Assembly: GCA_951406725.2 (NCBI GenBank)
Contig: OX597814.1
Coordinates: 160,084,001 to 160,148,000, forward strand
Source: Octopus vulgaris
Taxonomy: Eukaryota
Length of the DNA stretch: 64,000 nt
Reading direction: 5' to 3'
This document shows positions 1 to 13,420 of the stretch, in pieces. Position numbers and translations under genes: made by a program. The notes below the pieces were generated by a model. It searched no databases, was not told where the DNA came from, and worked only from the letters and a program-made list of their open reading frames with translations. Position 1 is the first letter of the stretch. Each line of letters begins with the position of its first letter.

Positions 1-105
1 ATTACTAATGTATGTTTAACTAGCATCCATTTGACAAATATGTGGCTAAATACTTATATTGTGAACGATTCATTTTTCTGTCCACAGATAGTTAAATAAA
101 ATAAA

Positions 106-350
106 TGTGCCCTTTTAAAGCCTAGCCAAGCTCATAAACCCGGTTTCCCGGTTTCTATGGGGTATGTATTCCCCAGCTGGACGGGACGCCAGTCCATCGC
201 AGTGTTACTCACTTTGCCAGCTGAGTGGACTGGAGCAACGTGAAATGAAGTGTTTTGCTCAAGAACACAACGCGTCGCCGGCCTAGGAATCGAAACCACA
301 ATATTACAATCATGATGCTGACACTCTAACCACTAAGCCACACGCCTCCA
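106..350 (-). mobile_element. tRNA-derived SINE, family C (CORE-like central block)
   Basis: Minus strand starts GGAGGCGTGTGGCTTAGTGGTTAG (box A) ... GGTTTCGATTCC (box B), then GTGTTCTTGAGCAAAACACTT (CORE-like). The same head recurs at 20286-20521, 25378-25673 and 46362-46527. Confidence 0.85.
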
Positions 351-1146
351 CCCACAGATAGTTACTGCATTGTAAAATTTCTCTTGTCTGCTAAACTAAA
401 TTTAATGTTGACTCGAAGTCCCTTGAACCTTCTGTATATTATTATATTATAATGTAGGTATAATTCCTTTATATAGTGTATACAGAGTAAAAAGAAAAAA
501 AGGTTATCTTTTATATAGACTTGAACTAGCATCAGTTACATTTTACTGCAGAGATCCATCGAGAGAAATTACTACATTCTGATATCCAAAGTTTACCTTT
601 TGGGATCACGTCAGTCCAAAGCTGAAAGATAAATTTGATTATGGCTTTGTTTACGTTCTCCGCTAAACAATAAATAAATGAAGCTACGAGCAGCTATACC
701 ATCCATTATAATTAGCATATATGATATAGAGCCTTGATTCAGACAAGGAAATAATACAGAGAAATAATTTATACAGAAAAGGTAGATGTTTCAAATATAC
801 TGTTGCGTGTTTGACTGGAGCTTGATAAGTTATTTTTCTCATTTTACGGACTGCTTTGATTATTTATGGAACATTAGAGCCAGTCCAGTGTACAAAATGA
901 TGCACCGCAACCACATTTAGCTGATCTCAGCTTCTTTGAGGTAATTTTAGTTGTTTGTTTTCCAAACTAGACTTCTGTACAAAATATCGCACAAACCTTG
1001 CCGAAAAAATGCAGCAGCCGACTTCAATGGGGGAATGAATCTGAGTGGCACCCTTTAACATGAGACTCATCAAGGAAGACCTGGTATCTAGCTTTACTTA
1101 GTGGTGTTATTTGCAACCTGACGTTGATGGTAAATTCGATTCATAG

Positions 1147-1365
1147 ATAGGCGGCGAGCTAGCAGAAACGTTAGCACGCCGGGCGAAATGCTTTGTGGTA
1201 TTTCGTCCGCCGCTGCGTTCTGAGTTCAAATTCCGCCGAGGTCGACTTTGCCTTTCATCCTTTCGGGGTCGATAAATTAAGCACCAGTTACGCAGTGGGG
1301 TCGATGTAATCGACTTAACCTGTTCGTTTGTCCTTGTTTGTCCCCTTGTGGGTAGTAAAGAAATA
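1147..1365 (+). mobile_element. tRNA-derived SINE, family A, with 18-bp target-site duplication
   Basis: GGCGGCGAGCTAGCAGAAACGTTAG head, GAGTTCAAATTCC box B, conserved GCCTTTCATCCTTTCGGGGTCGATAAA block. Flanked by the exact direct repeat GGTAAATTCGATTCATAG at 1129-1146 and 1366-1383. More than 20 related copies in the window. Confidence 0.92.
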
Positions 1366-1915
1366 GGTAAATTCGATTCATAGGATTTCCTCTCGTATCT
1401 GAATACCTAGAGGATCTCGTCTCGGAGCCCGCTGGGCTTTCAGTTTCACCTGCTCTTCTTGCGCACTGGACAGATTGAGCAAAGTGGTCCTCGGCACTAT
1501 GATCTTATTCTTGGTTCTGGTTCTTATTTGACTGGTAAGTTGTTTCAATGCCTTTAGATATAGAACTTTGGGTAGCATCAGGTACTTTGCGTTGTTGCTC
1601 TTTGCACTTAAATTTGCTTTGGTGAATGTTCATGCTGCGTTCATACTTGAATGCCTACCATTCTATTTTTCTTTTTGCAATCATCTTAGCACCCTTCCCC
1701 ACACTGGGTGAAATTATGGTAGGACCTAACGAAGTGCTCGTTCAAACAACCACCTGAGAAGGTGCATTTTACACCTTGGATGCAAGATAATGTTTGCTCA
1801 ACATCTCACCAATGTGCTACGAGTGCAGAAATATGTCGAAACAATTGTAGTGATTTTAGATGAAGAATCTCGTTCATTCCATTTTCTGTAATCAGTCTGT
1901 CTGTCTGTCTGTCGC

Positions 1916-1921
<6 letters not shown>

Positions 1922-2010
<89 letters not shown>
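1922..2010. repeat. (CT)n / (CTAT)n microsatellite
   Basis: Direct reading of sequence. Confidence 0.97.
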
Positions 2011-2168
2011 GCCCGAAATGAGGAGTAGATAGACAGCCGACAACTGATGAAGGGTCGTTTCTCTGTTTTACTTGTCCTGTTTCCCATTTTTTCTCCAGTT
2101 GTTTGCGTATTTAACTCGTCTGTTTCCGTATTTCATTTTGTTTACACAGTTGGTGACGTCCTGTACCC
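2011..2168 (+). mobile_element. Interspersed repeat fragment with hammerhead-like core words, related to 43229-43410
   Basis: Shares GAAATGAGGAGTAGATA...CCGACAA with 43380-43408; contains CTGATGA at 2044-2050; bounded by microsatellites. Confidence 0.55.
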
Positions 2169-2183
2169 ATATATGCATATATG

Positions 2184-2233
<50 letters not shown>

Positions 2234-2273
2234 TCTCTCTCTTAATATATATTTATATACATCTCTCTCTCTC

Positions 2274-2330
<57 letters not shown>

Positions 2331-3189
2331 CCGTCGATTACAGAGTGATCTGTTCGTACTTGCTTGTCCTTTATTTCATCTAATATTTATTTTTCTTTTG
2401 CTTATTTCTCATCTTCTTTTATATCCATCTTCTCTCTCGCACACATTTTCATTCTTTATCAGTTTACGATCAATCTCTTACTACCTTTTCTTTTTTTTTT
2501 TTTTTGGAATGGGTCAATATATATTTGTTGTTTTTACAGTTGTTAGTTTTGTTGTTATTTTCGTCCGTATTGTTGTTTTACTCCCACTTCTCTTTTTCCC
2601 AATCAACAACGCTCACCGTTGCAGCTTCGATTATTTTGTTTTTCTTTTTTTAAGGACATCATGATAGAAAAGTGACGAGAATTAACCGTGCAATTTCCGC
2701 TTTTAATTCAAATTCGATTCGAAAACCTTGATTAGAACACCGCCGATTACAGAGCAATCTCGATTCATTCAAACGCCCATCACCTCTTATATGCTGTTTT
2801 TCAACCGGGGTAGACTGACAAACTGAGCAAGATTACGTCCCTTCCAGCAATGCGACTCCATTTATTTTTCTTCTTTTCCTTTGTAAACGAATTGAGCCGC
2901 GTGCTGCTGTCGTCTGCTGCTCGTCCTGTCAATGGAACGAGCCACAATAACAGTGTAGTAAAAATAAATATAAATGATTAAAAACCAAATAATAATAATA
3001 ATGATAATAAATGGAAGAAAGGTTAAATTCGGCCTCTAGAACACAAAGAAAAACGTGTGGGTGGGGGCTGAAATAAAGGAAGAGAAAGAATAAGGAAATG
3101 AAAGAAAGAGAGAGTGAGAGAGAGAGAGAGAGATGTAATGAAAACTAGAGAGAAAAGAAAGCAAAAATGTTACTCCAATATTCATTGAG

Positions 3190-4070
3190 AGGTGGTAGCA
3201 GTGGCGATCGTAGTCGTGGTGGTTGCGGTGGTCGTGGCCATTTTTGTTATCGTGATGGTCATGGTGGTGGTGACGATTGCGGTCGTATTGCAAGTGGAGA
3301 TGGAGTTGATAATGAAACTGAAGTTATGACTGTAGCAGTGATTGTGATGGAGGTGGTGGTGATGATGGTGCGATATATTGCAAGTGGGGACGGCGGTGAT
3401 GAATCCATTGGAGGTGCAGCATGCGGCAGTGGTGGTTGTAACGACGGTGGTTATGACAGCGTTGGCAGTGGTGGTAGTGGTGATGGTAATGGTGGTAATG
3501 GTATAGTTGTCGTCATCGTCGTCGTAGTATAGTACTGATGTTTATTATAGTTATGAAGTATTTCGTCAGACGCTACGTTCTGAGTTCAAATTCCGCCAAG
3601 GTCGACTTTGCCTTTCATCCTTTCGGGATCGATAAATAAAGTACCAGTTATGCACTGGGGGCGATGTAATCAACTTAATCCCTTTGTCTGTCTTTGTTTT
3701 TCCCCTCTGTGTTTTCCCCTTGTGAGCAATAAAGAAATATATTATAGTTATGATGATGATGTCTCTTAAAAGCGGGGTTGCAGTGCTAAAGAAGATTGAA
3801 ATGGTAACTGTTGTGGTGATGATGTTGGTGGTGATGGTATTGGTGGTGGCCATTGTGGTTGAGATGGTGATAGTGGGGGGGGTGTTGTAAAGGGAGACGG
3901 TGATGAAAATGTATATAGAGGTAGCCAAAGTTACAGTGGTGGTGACGGTGGTGGTGGTGGTGATGGTGGTGGTGGTGGTGGTGGTGGTGGTGGTGGTGGT
4001 GGTGGTGGCGGTAGTGGTGAATTTGACTGTGGATGATTTTTATGTTGTGGTAGTGGACGGAAGTTGCAAT
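3190..4070. repeat. GGT/GAT low-complexity trinucleotide tract, interrupted by a SINE A fragment (~3558-3740)
   Basis: Degenerate (GGT)n with a perfect run at ~3935-4010. Confidence 0.9.
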
Positions 4071-4154
4071 AGGGAAGTACAGAGTCAGAATACGGCATGG
4101 CCACGACGGGGGATTGGTTTTGAGAAAAGGGAAGGAAAAGAAGATGATGATGAT

Positions 4155-4399
4155 GATCCTTTCTACTATAGGTACACGACCTGAAATTTGGGAGAGGAGT
4201 TAGTCGATTACATCGAACCCAGTACTCAACTGGTTCTTTATTTATCGACTATGAAAGGATGAAAAGCAAAGTCGAGCTCGGCGGAATTTGAACTCTGAAT
4301 GTAAAGACGGACGAAATGCCGCTAAGCATTTTGCTCCGTGTGCTAACGATTCCGGCATCTCGCCGCCTTAACAACAACAACAACAACAACAGCAACAAC

Positions 4400-4431
<32 letters not shown>

Positions 4432-4988
4432 TAACAATAACAATAATCCTTTCTATCATAGGCAAAAAGCCTGAAATTTTGGGGATAGTGGACTAGTCGA
4501 TTACATCAACCCCAGTGTTTCACAGGTACTTAATTTATCGACCTCGAAAGGAAGAAAGGTCAAGTCGACCGCGGCGGAATTTGAACTCAGAACGTAAAGA
4601 CGGACGAAATGTCGCTATGCATTTTGCCCGGCATGCAAACAATTCTGTCAGTACGCCAACGATGATGATGATGATGGGCAGTGATGACGTTTGTTGTGGT
4701 ATCGGTGGTGGTGGTCGTGTTGATGGTGTTGATGATGATGAGAGTAATAAGATAGATTCATAATAATAATAATAAAGGTCTTAAAGTTTGGCACAAGGCC
4801 AGCAATCTCGAGGGAGGGGTTAAGTCGATTATACTGACAGCCAGCGGTCAACAGGTACTTAATTTATCGACCCCGAAATAATGAAAGGCAAAATTGACCT
4901 CGGCAGAATTTGATCTTAGAACGTAAAGAGGGAAGAAATATTGCCAAGTATTTTAGCCGACGTGCTAATGAGTCTGCCAAGCTAGCCG

Positions 4989-4990
<2 letters not shown>
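4155..4990 (-). mobile_element. Three consecutive antisense SINE A copies (~4155-4368, ~4447-4650, ~4780-4990) separated by trinucleotide repeats
   Basis: Each contains the reverse complement of the family A core (AAAGTCGAC..CGGCGGAATTTGAACTC.GAA). Confidence 0.85.
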
Positions 4991-5941
<951 letters not shown>

Positions 5942-5968
5942 AATAATAATAATAATAATAATAATAAA

Positions 5969-6497
5969 ATGCCTTGATGCAGTACCAGACAATGGCTCTC
6001 GTGTTATCATGTACATTGTTTTGTCTTGGTATAAAAGGTGGGCTACAGCAAATATTCTGCTCAATACCACAGATTTGCTTGTCAGTTGTTTGATCTTAAC
6101 CAGTTGAGCATTTCCCTTAGTGGCTGACGATATGTGCATCTCTGATCACGAGTAGAAGTAGTGGGAGAGCATCATAGCCAAGTGTTGTGAGGGATTCTTT
6201 GGGGTTTGAATAAATCACCTCTGGAAACATAGGTGTTTCGTTCAACATCTTTAAACAACCATTATTCAGGGACCTTTTGAGCGGGATGGGTAACTCGACC
6301 AGAAGAAAATTCTAACTGGGCGCCACCTGCAAGGTCATGTGCTGTTTATCTTGATATGAGAACACCATATCACGCACATATGGTTGTGTTGCATTTGCGT
6401 GGTGTACCCTTATCAGACGGGTAGTCATGATGAGTATACTGGGCGTCGTATATTTTACCCTAGTGTCACTTTGATGGTATGCACTGCTCTCTCACTC
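5969..6497 (+). mobile_element. Non-coding (TAA)n-embedded element, copy 1 (small internal deletion near the 5' end)
   Basis: Highly similar to 6569-7124 along its whole length; both ends abut (AAT)n. Confidence 0.85.
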
Positions 6498-6568
<71 letters not shown>

Positions 6569-6570
<2 letters not shown>

Positions 6571-7124
6571 GCCCTGATGCAGTACCAGGCAGTGACTCTC
6601 ATGGCCTCTGATCTTAACTGATTGGAAGTGTTATCATGTACATTGTTTTGTCTTGGTATAAAAGGTGGGCTACAGCAAATATTCTGCTCAATACCACAGA
6701 TTTGCTTGTCAGTTGTTTGACCGTAACCAGTTGAGCATGTCCCTTAGTGGCTGACGATATGTGCATCTCTGATCACGAGCAGAAGTAGTGGGGGAGCATC
6801 ATGGCCATGTGTTCGGGGGGATTCTTTGGGGTTTGAATAATTCACCTCTGGAAACATAGGTGGTTCTTTCAACATCCTTAAACAACCCTTATTCAGAGAC
6901 CTTTTGAGCGGGATGGGCTACTCAACCTGAAGAAAATTCTAACTGGGCCCCACCTGCAAGGTCATGTGCTGTTTATCTTGATATGAGATCACCATGTCGC
7001 GCACATATGGTTGTGATGCATGTGCCTGGTGTACCTTTATCAGACGGGTAGTCATGATGGGTATATTGGGCTTCGTATATTTTACCCCAGTGTCACTTTG
7101 ATGGCATGCACTGCTCTCTCACTC
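6569..7124 (+). mobile_element. Non-coding (TAA)n-embedded element, copy 2 (apparently full length, 556 bp)
   Basis: Starts ATGCCCTGATGCAGTACCAGG, ends GCACTGCTCTCTCACTC, with (AAT)n on both sides. Further copies at 12159-12301, 28386-28546 and 60811-61067. Confidence 0.88.
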
Positions 7125-7166
<42 letters not shown>

Positions 7167-7358
7167 CTTTTCTGCTATAAGCACAAGGCCTGAAATTTAA
7201 GGGTTGGGCACTAGTCGATTACATCAACCCCTGTGCTCAACTGGTACTTATTTTACCGACTCCGAAAAGTTGACATCGGCCGAATTTGAACTCAAAACGT
7301 ATAGACGGAAGAAATCATTTTGCCCGGCGTGCTAACAATTCTGCCAAGCTTGCCGCCT
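7167..7358 (-). mobile_element. SINE A, antisense, degenerate
   Basis: Reverse complement of the family A head and core. Confidence 0.8.
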
Positions 7359-7599
7359 AATGATGATGATGATTACTTCAAATTCTGGCAAAAAAAACAA
7401 AAAAAAAAAAAACAATAACTACTACTACTATTATAGCTACTACCGTTATAGACTTTCTATAACCAACTTTTGTTTTCATATATGAAAACAGCAAAATGTT
7501 TCGTACCGGACAGGCGTTTCCACGTACATTTGAAACTATATATATATTTCTGCAAACACTCTATGTCTGTTTTGATGTGAATATGTTTATTTAAGCCTA

Positions 7600-7655
7600 T
7601 TTATATATGCACAATTACATACATAAATACATGCATACATACATACATACATACA

Positions 7656-7686
<31 letters not shown>

Positions 7687-7802
7687 GACGTATATGCGCG
7701 TGTGTGTTTCTGTGTGTGTGTGAGTATATATATATATATATATATTTATATGTATATATGTGTGTGTATATACATGCATAAATTTATACGTACACCCATA
7801 TA

Positions 7803-7840
<38 letters not shown>

Positions 7841-8116
7841 ATTTTCATTACTCTCATTTAATATAAGGTGCACGTGAGTTAATATGTCAAGTACACGTGA
7901 ACTATGCAATCCTGAGATATACGCGGCTGTATAAACTCGTGCACGTGCTTGTATATATACATGCATTGATATGCGCTAATATAAATTGTATAGGTCTTTA
8001 AACACATACACACAAGCCAATACGTGTGAATACATATGTATACGTGTGTGTATGTGTGAGTGTGTGTGTGTATATATGTATACACTCACGCACACAAATA
8101 TATACCGGCATACATT

Positions 8117-8151
<35 letters not shown>

Positions 8152-8678
8152 ACGCACGCACATACACTTTCATTTATATATGTATATACACATACACCTG
8201 TATATTCACCCACACACAAAAGGGTGGGTAAATATATGTATAGGTGTGAATGGGACAGAGAGAATGAGGGAGAGAGAGAGAGAAAGAGATATTTTTGTAT
8301 GTAGTTGTCTTTTTTTTTTACAAGGGTGTATGCGCGCGCGTGGATGTATATTAAGCGCATGCGCACATGCGTTTAGTTACATGCAAACTAATACATGTAT
8401 GTTTACAGAGTTATTACTATATTTAAACATATGTGCAAATGTATATGTCAGTATAATAATTTGAAAGAGCAATGGAAGGAAATGTACACATATATAAATT
8501 AATACGTGCACACAATCGTAGGAACACACACACACACACACACATACACACACACATACACAAATACACACACACAAACACACACACACACACATATATA
8601 TATGCATGCATGTAAGAATGTATGTACGTATGCATTTATGTATGTATGTGTGTGTGTATCTGTGCGTGTATTTGTGTA

Positions 8679-8716
<38 letters not shown>

Positions 8717-8837
8717 GGTGTGTACGTATGTGTATATATACAAATATGAATTAATGTGCAAACAATCCTGAGAACATATATATATATATATATATGTATA
8801 CATATATGTATGTATGCATGTATGTATGTATGTATAT

Positions 8838-8884
<47 letters not shown>

Positions 8885-8920
8885 TGAATATATATATATG
8901 AATATGCGCGCGCACACACC
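7600..8920. repeat. Compound (CA/TG)n, (TA)n, (TACA)n microsatellite field
   Basis: Alternating purine-pyrimidine repeats; explains all overlapping ORF calls. Confidence 0.95.
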
Positions 8921-10019
8921 TACATATGAACATATATTTACATATTGGAAATCAATATAGACGAAACGTGCATATCGTAAGCGTACATCATTGCAGCTAA
9001 ACATATTCTCATACATACATGCATGTATATAAACGCATACATTTACAATGTTGATTATGTAAACAATTTTGGGGGAAGTCAATACATACACACAGTAGCA
9101 CAAAGAAAGTTATATACACACGCTTGCATAGTGTACGAACGTGTGTATAGATTGATGCATACGAGTACTTTGAAGCGTAGAAGTCATCTCATAGCCGCCT
9201 TGTTTAAATTTAAATGACTAAATATGACGTGTTTTCCTATTTTTTCCTTCTCATTTTCTTTCTTTCCTCTCTTTTCGTCGTCGTCGTCGTCCTCTACTTT
9301 TTCCTCCATAGAACTCTCCCTCCAACTTCCTGTGGTCTTCAATTAACTTCCTCACAACAGACAAGTGATTACATCATAGCACCTCCGTGTAAATATATAT
9401 TACACATTCTACAATGGAATACGTCGGGTAGCTAGGTGCACAGCTGATATACTTGTATATTAAAAGCCGCTCTGCAAACCAGTTTTTCCTCCTATTCGAA
9501 GATATTTCTAAGAGAACTTTTGTTTTTCTTTAACGTGTAGATCCCCATTCGCCAATGCCAATAAACACAAATATAACCACACATGCACACACTCCAAAAG
9601 AGGTTAACTCGACACAAATGCGCACATTTCATTTATACACAAACATTTAACGAAGTTAATTGTTGTTCACAAATAAAAGTCTGCGATTTATCCTACTCCT
9701 ACTCCTTTTTCTCATCTAGCTTTATCGCATCATCATCATCATTACCCTCATCCTTCTTATCCTCGTCCTCCTTCTCATCATCATCCCCATTATCAGCGTC
9801 ATCATCATCGATGTCGAGAAAAAGAAATGCATTGCAGTGTTTGTTCTTATCTTTATTTTCCGAGTTCAAATCGCACCGATGTTAAACCCGGCTTTCATCC
9901 TTTCCATGAAATACAAGCAGTAACATAAAGAAGTACCAGTGAAGAATTGGAATTGCTGAGATCGAGTAATACCACCCTCTCCGCCCCACATTTCTGGTCT
10001 CGTGCCTATGTTTGAAAAC

Positions 10020-10700
10020 AAGACGGAGCTGCAGTCCTGGGTGAAGAAAAGACTAAAATTGACAGCCTAGTGCCTGGAATATTATCAGATACTCACTGCC
10101 CGCTACCTGTCGATGAGAGTTCGACAAAGCAACACATAATGATTTAGTGGTTGGTAAGAAGCGCTGTCGAGAATGAACTACCTTGTCTCTTTCAGAGGAC
10201 TTTGGAACCGGAAACTACTAAACATAAATGCTACCGAAGCTTAGTACCACTTCGAAATAAACTGTAAAGGCATGGAGATGTTATCTGGTACAACTGTCCG
10301 AGATGCACACAAAATGACGCAACTGTACTGCATGCACACATACAATATTCGAGCGTCGTTGAATTGTGGAGTTATGTCGACCAACTGTTGTTGCGTGTAG
10401 GACGAATCTGGCTATTAGCTGATTCCGTCGTGATATTCTACTCACCACTTACTTTAACAAAACGGGATAGGAGGTATTCTATCTAGTGTCTATGATGAAA
10501 GAAGTTATGGGCGAACGCGACAGAATCAAAAACAGACACCTATCCTTTCGATCAAGCCTTCATCAACATTTTCAAGCTCCACATGAAAAAGAAAGTGAAA
10601 GTAGAGAGCGAACTAATCAAAAGATAGGGGATTAGCAAAAAATGATTAATGTGAACGGAGCTGTTCTAAGCATGCGCTTGAATATTGGAGAACAGTAGCT
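10020..10700 (+). mobile_element. Decayed L1/Tx1-like LINE C-terminal fragment
   Basis: CPRCTQNDATVLHAHIQ...LWSYVDQLL near 10294-10390 resembles the C-terminal CCHC knuckle of L1/Tx1 ORF2; a paralogous piece lies at ~11325-11430. Boundaries are approximate. Confidence 0.55.
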
Positions 10701-10999
10701 GGACGAAGATTTGTGCCCATGATGTTCGGCGTGATCATGGATCTGTAAGGTGCCTTGATTGGTCCTATTTAGAGTTTCCCTGTATCAGAAAGGCTACAAT
10801 CATCCAAATATACTTTTTTTAATCTCATTTCTTTCTCTCTTCCCTTTCTTCCCTTCATCATTTGAACTAATTGTGTATTCAAATATCAGAGGCCAACATC
10901 GCATTCCATCATGCCAGGGTTGATAATAGAGTACTAGTCAAGTATTAATGCTGATTTAATCTACTATACGTTCCTACTACTAATCTGTGACCCAGAGCC

Positions 11000-11700
11000 A
11001 ATGTAAAAAATCATTATTATTTGCAGTGCTATGTCAAACGCAAACCAAAGTTGGATCTTTCACATGTGGTATGTTGCCAGACGCTCACTACACTCTATCA
11101 GCTAGACAATACAGTCAGTGGAACGTTAATCATCCCATTCTACAGTGGATTAAGAAAAGATGTCATAACGATGGTTTCAGTGCAATCGAAGTAAGTCTGA
11201 GAAATTTATTTGGAGGATTTTCAGGTCGGATTTTATGAACAATTTTCAAAAGCCCTTGACCTAGCAGTGCTTGTTTGGAATAAATTCTATAAATATATAT
11301 TTATTGAAGACGCCAGCAACGGAACCTGTCCGAGATGCGGGCAGGGAAACGAAGCTATCCGGTTAGCACTTGTTCGGTGTCTATGCAATACTAATTTGTG
11401 GTTTGAAGTCGAACAGCTGCCATTGTGAAGGTCGTCCCACTACCTTTCTTTCTCAAGGAAGAGTGAAGAGTCTGATGGCTATTGGCATAAAGTTGTACAA
11501 GGAATGCAAGTGAAAAGTTGTCCTCTGAGATCAAATCCTCATCAGCTTCGCATACCACTTGAAGACGATGATGATGTAGCGAAGCAAACTTCCTTCCAGT
11601 AAATTTTCTGAAAGGTGGACGAAATCAAGAATGTAGCTCAAGATCGCGTCCACTGGTACGAAAGAGTCGCAGCCCTATGTTCCTTACGGAGAAATGTGGA
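11000..11700 (+). mobile_element. Second decayed L1/Tx1-like fragment
   Basis: GTCPRCGQGNEAIRLALVRC...LWFEVEQL in ORF 11210-11428, homologous to the previous feature. Confidence 0.55.
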
Positions 11701-12158
11701 CTAACAAGATTAACTGGGCGAAAATGGTGAAATTGGTGTTGCTACATAGACCTTCACACATGCAGCTGTAGACTGGCGGCAAGCATCTGTGGGTCCTCCC
11801 ATTGATGTGTCGAACTAAGCTGGGGTTTTGTATATCCGATTATCCGAATTGGTTGTTTCTATTTTGGAGAGACTTTATTAGTTTCTTGCTTTTTATTGCT
11901 TTGCTACTTCTTTCTTTATTATTTCTCTAAATTATTATTATTAGATTTCTTTTTGTACCGTATCAGTTTCTGTATTTTGCGCTTGTAAAAGCATTAGTGT
12001 CTCAGAGCCCTTATGACTAATACAGAATTATTATTATTATTATTATTATTTTTGTTTAGCTCAGGTTCGGTCTTATTCCTGGTAGGAATTATGTGGATAG
12101 CGGGTTACTACCTGTAACTTTAGGTATCCACAAAGTTTTCAGCATTATTATTATTGTT

Positions 12159-12301
12159 GAGAGAGAGCAGTGCATGCTATCAAAGTGACACTGGGGTAAA
12201 AATATGCGAAGCCCAATATACCCATCATGACTACCCGTCCGATAAGGGCACACCACGCAAATGCAACACAACCATATGTGCGTGATATGGTGTTCTCATA
12301 T
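12159..12301 (-). mobile_element. 5'-truncated copy of the (TAA)n-embedded element
   Basis: Matches the last ~145 nt of 5969-6497, and its 3' end runs into a short (AAT)n. Confidence 0.85.
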
Positions 12302-13094
12302 AGTAATCATCATCATTATCATCGTCATAATCGCTGTCGTCATCGTCTTTCTGGATCGATGAAATAAGTATCAGTTGAGCACTGAGGTCAACGTAATTGA
12401 CATAAATCCACTCCTAAAAATTTGCAGCCTGATGCCAATATCAGAAACGGATATTATTATCGTTATCATCTTTATTTTGTGGTTTTGGTCTTTTCATATG
12501 ACTTCTTTCATTCAGTGTATCTCTGTGCATAGGAAGTGTGTGCAGCATTACCTTGCAGGAAAAATACGTTGCAGAATTTCCCTTTATGTTTTTTGTGGTG
12601 TTTTAATCTTGCTCTTGAAAGCTTTTATTTCATGGGAAGATTCTTCTATTCTTTTAATGGTTTCAGTAGCCTTAATTTATTTCCTATCAGTTTTGTTGCC
12701 GCTGTATGTCTGGAAGTTGGTCCATGATTGAGTTTGTAACAGCTGATATTCCCTGAGTGTATCCCTGAAAGGTTGGCTGGTCCGTATCATCGCTAGGAGT
12801 ATATCCAATGGGTTTTTTTTTTATGTTTCAGTAAAGGTTTATTTTTATATTTCTGATTTCATTAGGTAGCCAATTGAAAAACTGAGGGACTCAAAATATC
12901 AGAACACAGAATAGAGTGTTCTTGCTTATAATTTCGAAGGTGGTATATTTGGAAGTTAATACTGTCTACCAATTTGTGCATTAAAATTTTCTCAAGGACC
13001 GAAGCTTAGATACGTATATCTTACTCTAAGATAACTATGTACTTAGTTGCTTTACTGAACTGAAAATAGCAATTCTAGAATACGCTTTGTGCCT

Positions 13095-13420
13095 TGAAGA
13101 GATTCTTTTGAATTGTGTGCCGTGTTCTAATAACTAGTTCGGTTTTTATGTCATTATTCACATACTTTTTAATGATATTCAGCGCACCAGTTATTATTGG
13201 CACTAGTTTCTTTTTTTCTTTTTTTTTATCTCAGATCACATACCTTAAATCTATTTCGAGTTTTTGTACTTTTATAGCTTTTCTAATTTCCTGCAGGAGA
13301 TGATAGTAGGAGGAGAGCGAGATGGCTATCAGGGCGCATAAGTTTTCGTATAATCTTTGATAAGGATATTTGGGTTGTATGTCTTGAGTATCGACAATCA
13401 TGTCGAAGCTATATTAGTGA
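13095..13420 (-). mobile_element. Heavily decayed RLE (R4/Dong-type) fragment
   Basis: Minus-strand pieces such as PNILIKD, K.LEID and LVPIITGALNIIKK parallel the RLE C-terminus at 5171-5587. Confidence 0.55.

Noticed and set aside
6120-6180. CTGACGA...GAAG motif in the TAA-element as a hammerhead
   Set aside because: GAAG instead of GAAA, and I could not build helices I and III.
6570-6592. Resemblance of CCTGATGCAGTACCAGG to a U2 snRNA 3' stem-loop
   Set aside because: The match is too short and the rest of U2 is absent.
7600-8920. Many overlapping ORFs (HTHT/CVCV/YIYI), here and in all other microsatellite fields
   Set aside because: They are translations of di- and tetranucleotide repeats, open in several frames at once, with no coding signature.
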